Below are positions 11,227 to 21,400 of a stretch of DNA of 64,000 nucleotides, piece after piece; the stretch's first letter is position 1, and every line of letters begins with the position of its first letter. Made by a program: the position numbers and the translations under genes. The DNA is taken from positions 31,868,001-31,932,000 of the forward strand of contig NC_043007.1 of assembly GCF_006345805.1 (NCBI RefSeq), in the 5' to 3' direction. Origin of the DNA: Octopus sinensis. Taxonomy: Eukaryota. The notes under the pieces are model-generated. The model was given only the letters and a program-made list of their open reading frames with translations. It did no database searches and was not told the DNA's origin.

Positions 11227-14200
11227 CTGTGCTTGTCCCCGCAACATCACTTGACAACTGATGTTGGTGTGTTCACATCCCGTCACTTAGTGGTTCAACA
11301 AAAGAGACCGATAGAATAAGTACTAGGCTTACAGAGAATAAGTCCTGGGGTCGATTTGCTTGACTAAAGGTGGTGCTCCAGCATGGCCACAGTCAAATGA
11401 CTGAAACAAGTAAAAGAGACTCCCTTCGGTCATGAATGACCATGGGATTGCACCTAGAAAGTTCTTTTCTGAGTTCAGGAAAGGTTGTTTATGGAAGACC
11501 AGCATTCGCCCATGCATATCATCCGCCCCTCTCCACACTACCAATGTTGTTGCATGGAAAGGCAAATGGCACTAGTGACATCGCAACTCATCTCTACAAC
11601 TGAGTGAAACAGAGTAACATGAAATAAAATGTCTTGCTCAACAATACAACACATAGCCTAGTCCAGGAATTGAACTCACTACTTCATGATTGTGAGCCCA
11701 ACGCTCTAACCACTGAGCCATGTGCCTTCACACTGGATGTAGCAAGACTGATGGTTAAACATCTTTAGCTAGCTACTACTGCAGTGCTGTAAGTGTGTTC
11801 AAGAAGAAGAGTTGAGTGAAGCTTCTGAACACAACAGGCAGGAACTGTTACACAGCTTTATCAACGAGGCAAAGCTTTCTCTGCATCACAAACTGGTTGT
11901 GATGACAGCAAATAATTCAGACTAGTCTCATGATTAATAACATATATGGGACAACAACAAAATATTTTACAGAACTAAGAGAACAACGTGTCTACATACT
12001 CTTAATAATAAAATCAATATGATATCTTAATCCCCAAATAATTAAAACATAAAATAAAATACTTTGTTTATAGACATACACAAACATACACATACTTACT
12101 TTGTTCAGGCCATAAGTCAGGAGATGATCTGTCCAATTTTTCATAACTCATCAATGTCTGCTCACAGTCTGTTAAGCAAAAATTGTTCACTTTCTAATAT
12201 CTACTATAATAATACTCTTGCGTTTTTCTCTGTCACAACATAGGAATGAGAAAAGAAGGGGTGATGGCAAACTAGTAGTGGGACAGTTTGACTGAGGACT
12301 GGCGAACCAGATGGCTGCACAAGGTTCCAATCTGATCTGGCAGAGTTTCTACAGCTGGATGCCCTTCCTATTGTCAACCACTCCGAGAGTGTAGTGGGTG
12401 CTTTTATGTGCCACCGGGACGAGGGCCAGTCACGCAGTACTGGCAACGGCCACGCTCACATGGGGTTTTTTATGTGCCACCTGCACAGGTGGCCAGTCCA
12501 GCAGCACTGGCAACGACCTCACTCAAATGTTTCTTTTTTATATGAGTGTGTGTGTGTGAATTAAGGATGAATACAAGTTTATACTATAGTTCCTATGCAG
12601 GTTGCACCATTAAGGTTGCTGTTTGGAGCCCTGCAACAAGTGTTCCAAGTGCATTTAGATGCTCAACCACAACGGATCATCAAGGAACACTTGATTGTAT
12701 TCAGTTGCAGATAAACGAGGAGTTTATCCTTATTACTCTTATAATTTGTTCTGTAGTTCATAACTAGTAATATTACTCAGTATAGAAGTTATTTAACAAC
12801 TACACAGAAAGCAGATTATGATAATCTATACGGAGTTATAACATAACAATAGCAGTTGTACACATAATTTCTACTATATATTACAGCTTCCTAAACACCA
12901 ACCATGTGTTTGTGTGTGTGTGTATGAGTGCTTACATTCTATGCTTTGCATGAAAAGGTACTGAGCTACAAACAGTGAAGTTTGATGTCAGTACTTGTCA
13001 GCAAATTATCTGCTAGCCCTGCATGTTTGAAGGTGAGTGGAAAATTAAAAAATCCTTTGCTTGAAAAACTAGTAACTGTTAGCAAAAAGAAGAGAAGTCG
13101 GCTATAAAACAATACCTCAAAGTTAGGTGCTCATCTAACCCATGCTAGCATGGAAAAACAGATGTATAACGAACAAATACACATATATCACAACTTGGAA
13201 TTTCAACAATAATACGAAGTCTGGCACGTAAAAGCACCCCTAACACTCTTGGAGTGGTTGGCATTAGGAAGGGCATCCAACCATAGAAACCATGCCAAAT
13301 CAGACTGGAGCCTGGTGTATCCCACTTAGCTTACCAGTCCTGGTCAAACTGTCCAACCCATGCCAGCATGGACAACAGATGCTAAATGATGATGATGATG
13401 CTGATGATAACAAATTGGAGCATTGTGAAATCATGTTGTTCTTTTTTCTCTTTTTTTTTTTCAAGGCTTTAGCAGCTTAAATAAACTGAGTTAATACCAC
13501 TGTAATCAATATAATTGAGTAATAATTGTGACTTGCTCTTTGTTGACAGCACTTGCCGTTAAAAGCTAAACAATAACATTTGAAATGTTCAGCAACAACT
13601 TAAAATCTCAGTGTAAGGTTCAACATCCAGAAGCCACATCATTAAATCCTTTAAATTAATTCCATTTTTTGAACCACAAAAAAAAAAATGTGTAAGTTAA
13701 GCCTTCTAGAGTTTTTGTCCAAATTAGAATACAATGCAGTACCTGCTCACTGGTACTAAAAAGCCAATGAAGCAATTATGAGGCCCCTTGATGTGCTAAA
13801 AATAATAGCCAAAATTTCCCAGTCTTTGAAAAGTTGAGCTCTTTGGATAATGTCATCTCAGATATAATAGGCTTGTAAAAATGGGGCAGTCACAGGTGGA
13901 ATGTCTCACCATAGCTCTGCTCAATCAATTATTACCTGTGTGAAACATGAATTTACATTCTAGAATCATTTACATAAACTGATTTAAAAAATTACAGATG
14001 AGACTTCTTAGAAAGGATGAGAATAGGAGAAACTGGACAAAGTTAGGTTTGTTAATATATTTACCTTTATACAAATACTGTTTTTTATGTCAATTTAAGA
14101 AATCAATATTACGTTTACTGTAATTAACCCTTTGTCTGTCGCTGTGCATCACCTTTGATTTTACAGGACATATTTCCCTGGTGTCCATTCGTTTTATGAT

Positions 14201-16375
14201 ACACATTCCTGGCGTTAGGAAGAGCATCCAGCTGTAGAAACTCTGCCAGATCAAGATTGGAGCCTGGTGCAGCCATCTGGTTCGCCAGTCCTCAGTCAAA
14301 ATCATCCAACCCATGCTAGCATGGAAAGCGGACGTTAAACGATGATGATGATGACATTCCCAATCTGTTTCACGTACAAGAGCAACTTGGGACTTATGAA
14401 AGGAAAGTTTTATATTGCTTAGAACGTATGAAACGATGGCTAACTCAAAGTCTAAAAACAAGTACAGACGTTTAAGGACAAACTTATGAAAATGTTTTGA
14501 ACAGGCAAAAGGTATAAAGACAGGATTCTTGTTAAAAGTGATGAAAATATTTTTACGTGCTTGAGAGAGAAGGACAAATGTTGGTGGCTGTTATTCGGTA
14601 ACATGGTTTCGAGAAAAATAAAAAGATATGTCACTTGGGTTAAGGAAGAACCATTAAAAGAGAAGCAACTGCTTTTAATAGAAAAGAAAATTAGTTCGAT
14701 CCTGTGTTGCAGCGGACGTGTCAGCAGAAAGGACAAGTTGATAACTGCGTCATTGGTATTAGAAACTATAGCTGACGTCTAAGGGAAAAGGTACTACTTG
14801 AGAACAGTGGTCCCGGTGCGCGCACTCGCGTAGTCACGCTATAGCTAGTTGTGACTAATCGATCTTACAACGACTACCTAGCAAAGTAAATAAAACACAA
14901 AAACACAAAGTAAGGATCGACTAGTCACGACTAGCTAGCGCGAGTGCGCGCACCGGGACCACTGTTCTGAAGTAGTACCAGGAAAAAAAAGTTTTACTTT
15001 GGATTTCTTTAAAACTAGGAATAAAAGCATGAAAAAAAAACCATACAAAATACCGAGTAAAGTTTATAAGAGTAGTTATAAGCAAACTTGTGTAATAAAA
15101 TCCAGGAGAAAATTAGACGAAACGGAGATTTTAAGACATGTTTACTAAAACTGAATCCGAAAGAGATTGGAGGAGGCGACCGTTTCCTGACCGAGAGAGG
15201 TCAAGTTTGTGTCCTGTGAAAGAAAAACATTGGGAATCCAAGCAGAACCGTTTTGCAAAACTGGCGCAATCCAAAACAGTTGAAGATATGTTCGGTGGAA
15301 AGATACAGCATCCGGTTATGAGGAATGGAAACACTGTAAACTATTACAGAGTGTCTCTTTAGCCACAGGTTCCAAGCTCTGGTCTTCCTTCTTAGTCGAA
15401 ATACCTATTTCTTTACTACCCACAAGGGGCTAAACACAGAGGGGACAAAGAAGGACAAACGAAGGGATTAAGTCGATTATATCGACCCCAGTGCATAACT
15501 GGTACTTATTTAATCGACCCTGAAAGGACGAAAGGCAAAGTCGACCTCGGCGGAATTCGAACCCAGAACGTAACGGCAGACGAAATACTTATTTCTTTAC
15601 TACCCACAAGGGGCTTAGACATAGAGGGGACAAACAAGGACAGACAAAGGGATTAAGTCGATTATATCGACCCCAGTGCGTAACTGGTACTTGTTTAATC
15701 GACCCCGAAAGGATAAAAGGCAAAAGTCGACCTCAGCGGAATTCGAACCCAGAACGTAGCGAGCGGTGGCTTTGCTTTTAATACAGGTGTATGTTATTAT
15801 AAGAGCCTCTACGTTCGACGATAACCTCTGACTAAATGGATAAACTGCTGAATAAAGACGGTCGGGTTTGAGGTCAACTTTAAATAATGCAACGAGGGAA
15901 AAACACACAAAAGGTGAAAAAATCGAATGAAAAATATTTTGCCAGAAAATGTCTCGGATCGAAGAAAGCTGAGCGAAGGAGTTTGTGAAATCTTCCGTTT
16001 TTATAAACAAATAAGACATTTATGGCTAAATATTTGGATGAAATATGTGTGGAAAGTATTAAAGAAGACAAGTAGGCTAAAGTTAATTAAATTAATTAAA
16101 AGATATTAATGAGGGAAGAAGGAAAAAGTCCCGAAGTGTTTCGTTAATTTCTTGTATTTTTCTAAGACAGCTGACAACTTCCATGCTGTGGAGAAAAGTC
16201 GGGTTTGGCCGCCGATTGGAAGGCGATAGGCGCGAATTAAGTGGTTTTCTAGTATTTTTGTCTGGATTGGATTATGGTAAAAAGGAGAAAATGATGAGTT
16301 ATTGAGTTGGAATCAGAAATAAGGTAAAATGTTACCAGCATCGAGATCCGAATTGCCCGCACTTGGTGACGCCAT
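5949..16375 (-). CDS. LIN52: LIN52, DREAM/MuvB core subunit, complete 6-exon CDS, 116 aa
   Basis: Exons 16336-16375, 12100-12168, 10085-10119, 8026-8089, 7186-7269, 5949-6007 total 351 nt. Protein: MASPSAGNSDLDADCEQTLMSYEKLDRSSPDLWPEQIPGVSEFAANQSPFSASNFSKEIDDQDDIELLQEFGSLTTPQLMEKVRGLQNLAFKLGLDEAREMTRGKFLNILQKQKRF. Recognised LIN52 motifs: SxEKLDRxSPDLWPEQ, LMEKVRGLQNLA, REMTRGKFLNIL. Confidence 0.97.
6307..7100 (+). mobile_element. RTE (Expander/Rex3-like) LINE 3' RT fragment, interrupted by a TTAA MITE
   Basis: LDARIADAGAIM...KAKLVIFN...GHERWIM...MGFLQRISEVTL; similarity resumes after 6921. Right boundary approximate. Confidence 0.7.
6700..6917 (+). mobile_element. piggyBac-like MITE D (TTAA TSD)
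   Basis: TTAA|CCCTTTCGTTAC...GTAACGAAAGGG|TTAA. Copies at 17775-17997, about 21025-21252, 24193-24413, about 29722-29940, 56965-57185. Confidence 0.88.
7186..7269 (-). CDS. LIN52: LIN52 exon 5
   Basis: EFGSLTTPQLMEKVRGLQNLAFKLGLDE; donor GTAAGA. Confidence 0.96.
8026..8089 (-). CDS. LIN52: LIN52 exon 4
   Basis: PFSASNFSKEIDDQDDIELLQ; acceptor TTCCAG, donor GTATGC; phase-compatible with neighbours. Confidence 0.9.
8312..8445 (+). mobile_element. RTE LINE RT fragment
   Basis: VTKGLPLRMKGRLYEACVQTAKLHGSEKWALNAEDMQRLERN. Confidence 0.8.
8773..8847 (+). ncRNA. Type I hammerhead ribozyme motif, degenerate (GAAA replaced by AAGA)
   Basis: GUCACCA-CUGAUGA-GCUU(UAAUUUU)AAGC-AAGA-CUAG A CUAG-UA-UGGUGAU. 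Stems I, II and III all pair; stem I extends via AAGU/ACUU and CAGC/GCUG. Confidence 0.75.
9612..9828 (+). mobile_element. Mariner-type MITE G with an adjacent inverted copy (9428-9603) and a fragment (9250-9330)
   Basis: TIRs GGTGCTGAAAAGTTCCT(A/G)GCTTT / AAAGCCAGGAACTTTTCAGCACC. Confidence 0.8.
10085..10119 (-). CDS. LIN52: LIN52 exon 3
   Basis: IPGVSEFAANQS; acceptor CCTTAG, donor GTAAGT. Confidence 0.93.
11024..11418 (+). mobile_element. Family B tRNA-derived SINE with internal (TA)n(TG)n, full length
   Basis: Head GGCGCAGGAGTGGCTGTGTGGTAAG..GGTTCAGTTCC (Pol III A/B-box-like); tail AAACAAGTAAAAGAG. Confidence 0.9.
11420..11732 (-). mobile_element. Family H tRNA-derived SINE
   Basis: tRNA-like head (GGCTCAGTGGTTAGAGCG..GAGTTCAATTCC) then TGTTGAGCAAGACA body. 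Related pieces at 7510-7715(-), 17620-17760(-), 42030-42290(+), 58040-58275(-). Confidence 0.75.
12100..12168 (-). CDS. LIN52: LIN52 exon 2
   Basis: DCEQTLMSYEKLDRSSPDLWPEQ; acceptor TTAACAG, donor GTAAGT. Confidence 0.95.
14790..14979. mobile_element. CpG-rich palindromic element (MITE-like), arms of about 70 bp
   Basis: GGTACTACTTGAGAACAGTGGTCCCGGTGCGCGCACTCGCG... is inverted at ...CGCGAGTGCGCGCACCGGGACCACTGTTCTGAAGTAGTACC. Confidence 0.75.
15405..15762 (-). mobile_element. Family C SINE dimer
   Basis: Two tandem units of about 190 bp. Other dimers at 19662-20050(-), 20575-20985(-), 58390-58782(+), 59985-60372(-). Monomers at 840-1050, 1107-1325, 10195-10385(-), 36860-37075(-), 42375-42585(-). 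Confidence 0.85.
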
Positions 16376-16430
16376 GTTGGCAGGAGGTGACACCTAGCGG
16401 CAGATAACTCCACCTACAACCAATGCAACT
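16200..16430 (-). promoter_or_regulatory. Putative LIN52 promoter and first-exon CpG-rich region
   Basis: Locally CpG-rich. YY1-like CCAACATGGCG overlaps the ATG (16370-16380); CTCF-like CCGCTAGGTGTCA (16388-16400, - strand); CCAAT at 16420-16424. Confidence 0.55.
16336..16375 (-). CDS. LIN52: LIN52 exon 1
   Basis: CAACATGGCG start context; MASPSAGNSDLDA+G; donor GTAACA. Confidence 0.85.
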
Positions 16431-18426
16431 GACTCAAACATTTATTATAAGAGAGGAGAGACAGGATGGAGAGAGATGAAATACTTGCCCAAGATGCTCT
16501 ACAGAAGATGAATTTAACCTCAACGATGTTGTTCGATCTACTAGAAATAGCAGCCAAATTTCCCTCAAGTCATACTTTATATAATGTATTCCTTGGTACA
16601 CTATGCTTGAAAATAAGACAGGATGTGTATAGTTGGGGAATTTTTTACTATTTATCTTGATCGGTGTTGACAGGCTTCTTTCAGTTTCCTTCTACCAAAT
16701 CTATTCACAAGGCTTTGGTTAGCCCAACCCTCAACAGATTGAGCCAATGAGGGAGTATCTTTCATAGTCGCCCAACTTGCAAGAAATAGCAGCAGAACTC
16801 CCTCAAATCATATCCATCATATCCTACTGTCTAAAACTAGAGAAGGACTCCCAATCTGCAGAAAAGACTGGATGGTCATGGCAAGAATGCCTAATCATAG
16901 GTCTGCTTGATCAACCACCATTTTTTAAAATATTGAATCAAAATTTTTTAAAACTTTTTATTTTAATTTTTCATAAATAAAAACTAAGATCTTCTCTTTC
17001 CTCTTTTACTTGTCTGTCATTAGACTGCAGCCATGCTGGAGCATTGCCTTGAAGAATTTTTAGTCAAATCAATCAATCCCAGGGCTTACTTTTTTTTTTA
17101 AGCCTGCTGCTTACTCTGTTGGTCTCTTTTGCTGAACCACTAAGTTACAGGGACATAAACACACCAACACAGTTTGTCAAGCGATGGAGGACAAAAGACA
17201 TATATGACAGGCTTCTTTCAGTTTCCTTCTACCAAATCTATTCACAAGGCTTTGGTCAGCCCAATGCTATAGAAGACACTTGCCCAAGGTGTCACACAAT
17301 GGGACTGAACCTAGAACCATGCGGTTGAGAAGCAAACTTCTTACCACACAGCCACGCCTGTACCGAGATAAATATTGTTTTTAACATTTCAAAACCATCC
17401 AATTTGGTAGCCAATATTTCGGTTCTTGTGTGAACAGCTGAAGTGGAATAGTATACCTAAGATGATAAAGTAAGTTGTGCTAAAAGGGTAAAATTAAATA
17501 TTAACTTCTGGACACTACTCTCTCAAGTATTAAGACTTGTGGGACCAGCTGCTCAGTTTCCATAACATAAATGACCACGATTACAACATTGCCCTTGAAC
17601 TGGTCGGAAGGATAGTCTGTCACAGGGTTACTCGTTGACAGCTGAGTGGACTGGGGCAATGTGAAATGAAATGTTTTGCTCAAGAACATAATGCTCGACC
17701 GTCCAGGAATCAAAACCAGGATCTTGAAATAATGAATGCAATACCCTAAACCACTAGTCTATATTTCTTTTGAACCCTTTTGTTACCAACCCAGCTGAAA
17801 CCGACTCTGGCTCTGAGTACAAATATCTTGTTTTCATAAGTTTTGAATTAAAATCTTCCACCAAACCTTAGTCACAATTTATGTTCCTAACACTAGCTGA
17901 ATGATAACCAAGTTATTTTACTAAATGTTTTGTTATATTTAAAACTAACTGAAAGAAACACACACAGCGTCTCAAAATAAATACAGTACCGAAAGGGTTA
18001 AAGTAAACAGCCTTTTATAAAATAACATTCAACTGAGAGTCCACTATGTTACTGTTTAGAACTGTATCCTTCTTAAACTAATCAAAGACATCCCAGTCGT
18101 GGCCATTCTGGGACTGTATATTCTAATGTAGCTTTATCTAAGAATGTACAGTGTTATCAGAGGGAGATTTGGTTATACATTCTATCAGGTAGCACAACTA
18201 TGCAAAGACTCTTAGTAGGTTTATAATAACCTATGACAATAGGTGCAAGTATGGCTGTGTGGTTAAAAAACTTGCTTAATAATCACATGGTTCTGGGTTC
18301 AGTCCTACTGCATGGCACCTTAGGCAAATGATTTCTAAAAGACCCTCAAATCAACCAATGCCTTGTGAGTGAAATTAGGTAGGCAGAAACTGTGTGGAAG
18401 CCCAGTGTGTTTGTGTGCACATAAAC

Positions 18427-18487
<61 letters not shown>

Positions 18488-21400
18488 GTGTGTGTCTGTG
18501 TCCCCACCACCATCACTTGATAACTGGTGTTGGTTTATTTACACCCCTGTAACTTAGTAGTTCAGCAAAAAAAAAAAGAGTCCAATAAAGTACCAAACTT
18601 AATAAGTACAATGATCGATTTGTTCAACTAAACCCTTCAAGGTGGTGCCCCAGCATGGCCACAGTTCAAAGACCAAAACAAGTAAAAGATAAAAACAACA
18701 TTGAAAATATGAAATAGAGACACAGAATACAAGAAGCATACCAGAATATCGAGAATTCTTCTGAATTTCAAAAAATGTACACATGGTAATGAAGAAATGA
18801 TATTAACTTTAAGCATTAATATATCCCAAATGTAAGAAACGATAATATTTATTCAAAATGTTTTAATAAGAAATGAAAGCATTATGTCAGATCAGTAACA
18901 TTATTTCACAGATATCATTTCACAAAACTTGGTCAACAGACAAATGGAAGAACAGACTCCAAAATATCAAAATATTTTATGTCAACATAAAAGGTATGCT
19001 AATACACAAAGTAGATCTAAATGTAATATTTTGAACTTTCATTATCATAAAATCAAAACAAATTATTACTGTACAATTAGAATGTGTTTTGTTTTTTTTT
19101 TTTAATTTTGTTTTAATTTCCACTAAGATTAACATGAGGCAAACACACACAATTTGCTTTGAATTCTTCTAAATATTAATTTTAGACCAGATGTTGGTTT
19201 CGAATTTTGGCACAAGGCCAGCAATTTCAGGAGAGGATGTTAGTCAATTACATCGACCCCAGCGCGTAACTGGTATTTATTTGAAATAAATTTGAAATCA
19301 GAAGGTAAAGATAGAAGAAATGCTATTAGGCATTTTGTCAGGTGTGCTAATGAGTCTGCCAGTTCACCATCTTAATTTCAGACAGATATTTTAGATCTAA
19401 CATGTCAAAGGAACCAATGAATGTACACAGCATTTCATCTAAGATGAAAAGAAAGTTCATATCTTCAATGCCAGCATTTGATCCTCAGTATTATATTTAC
19501 GATTCAAAAACAAGTGTTTTAACCAATAATTTAGGTGACATCAGTAACTTTCAGTTAATGCTGATAATAAACAATTATATATATATGTGTGTATATAAAA
19601 AGGGCATCCAGCTATAAAAACCATGTCAAAACAGACACAGAAGTCTGGCGCAATCTTCTCAAACCTATTTCTTTACTACCCACAAGGGGCTAAACATAGA
19701 GGGGACAAACAGATTAAGTCGATTATATCGACCCCAGTGCGTAACTGGTACTTATTTAATCGACCCAGAAAGGATGAAAGGCAGAGTCGACCTTGGCGGA
19801 ATTTGAACTCAGAACATAGCGGCAGACGAAATACCTATTTCTTTACTACCCACAAGGGGCTAAACACAGAGGGGGGACAAACAAGGACATAGGTATTAAG
19901 TCGATTACATCAACCCCAGTGCATAACTAGTACTTAATTTATCGACCCCGAAAGGATGAAAGGCAAAGTTGACCTCGGCGGAATTTGAACTCAGAACGCA
20001 ACAGCAGATGAAATACGGCTATGCATTTCACCTGGTGTGCTAATGCTTCTGCCAGCTCCTGTCAAACCATCCAACCCATGACAGCATGGAAGTTAGAAAT
20101 TAAACAATGACAATGATAGTATATAAGTGGACAAACAAAAGAAAAAGTGGCGTTCAACATGTTAGGTAGGAGTTACATATATTATTTAACAAGTCTGGTT
20201 CAGGTCCAAGGCTTGCAAAACAAACATAATTCATCAGATTCATAAAACTGGATCATATATATACATATATATATATACACATACATATATGATGAAGGCT
20301 CGTAGATTGAAACTTTGAAGTCATTGTCACACCTCTGCTTGTAAAAGTTTAATAAACATGTACTCGTTAAAAAATACTTAGTGATTTTGTTTAGTTTAAT
20401 GTTAAACTGTTTTCCTTGTGTATATAAAATCACATTAATAGCTCAAGATATAAAAAAGAAATAGATGAGGACGTCAGAATTAACTTATCATTGAGAAGTT
20501 TTCAATAAGAAATCTGTTGATAAAATCTTGTATATCAGTTATTAGACATTATTACTCATTATTTATTTTTTTATTGCCCACAAGGGGCTAAATATAGAGG
20601 GGACAAACAAGGACAGACATAGGTATTAAGTCGATTACATCGACCCCAGTGCGCAACTGGTACTTAATTTATCGACCCCGAAAGGATGAAAGGCAAAGTC
20701 GACCTCGGCGGAATTTGAACTCAGAACATAGCGGCAGACGAAATACCTATTTCTTTACTACTTACCCACAAGGGGCTAAACACAGAGAGGACAAACAAGG
20801 ACAGACATAGGTATTAAATCAATTACATCGACCCAAGTGTGTAACTGGTAAATAATTTATCAACCCTGAAAGGATGAAATGCAAAGTCGACCTCGGTGGA
20901 ATTTGAACTCAGAACGTAGCGACAGCCGAAATACCGCTAAGTATTTCGCCCAGCGTGCTAACGCTTCTGCCAGCTTGCCACCTTCAGTTCAACATTATTA
21001 ATCAGCCATTACACAATATTACTCATCCAATTTTTAAGCCTTTCGTACCAACCTGCTTGAGACTGCCCTTGGTCTTTTGGTATAACCTTCTTGTTTTTAA
21101 AGAGACTCAAATTAAAACACCTTCCATCAAAATTTATGTTTCAAACACCAGCTTAATAATGACAATCATTTCACTAAATTATTCAGTATTTTCGAAATTA
21201 AGTGAAAACAAAGACCATTGTATTTCAACAGAAGTATGGTGACAAAAGGGTTAAAGGAATAATCATGTTGTTTTACAACATACTGAAATAATTACTTGGT
21301 ATAAAGATCTCACAAAATTGTGCGACCACAGAAGAGATTCTTTTAAAAATTCACAAAACTGCTGTGATGTCATCCACATTGACAAAGTTTTAATTAGCTT

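Noticed and set aside
12292-12314. CUGAGGA followed by a hairpin in family A (antisense orientation)
   Set aside because: The hairpin is followed by AUGG, not GAAA, in the copies I inspected; no stems I or III.
15138-15362. 74-aa + strand ORF
   Set aside because: No recognisable homology or splice context; it lies antisense in LIN52 intron 1.
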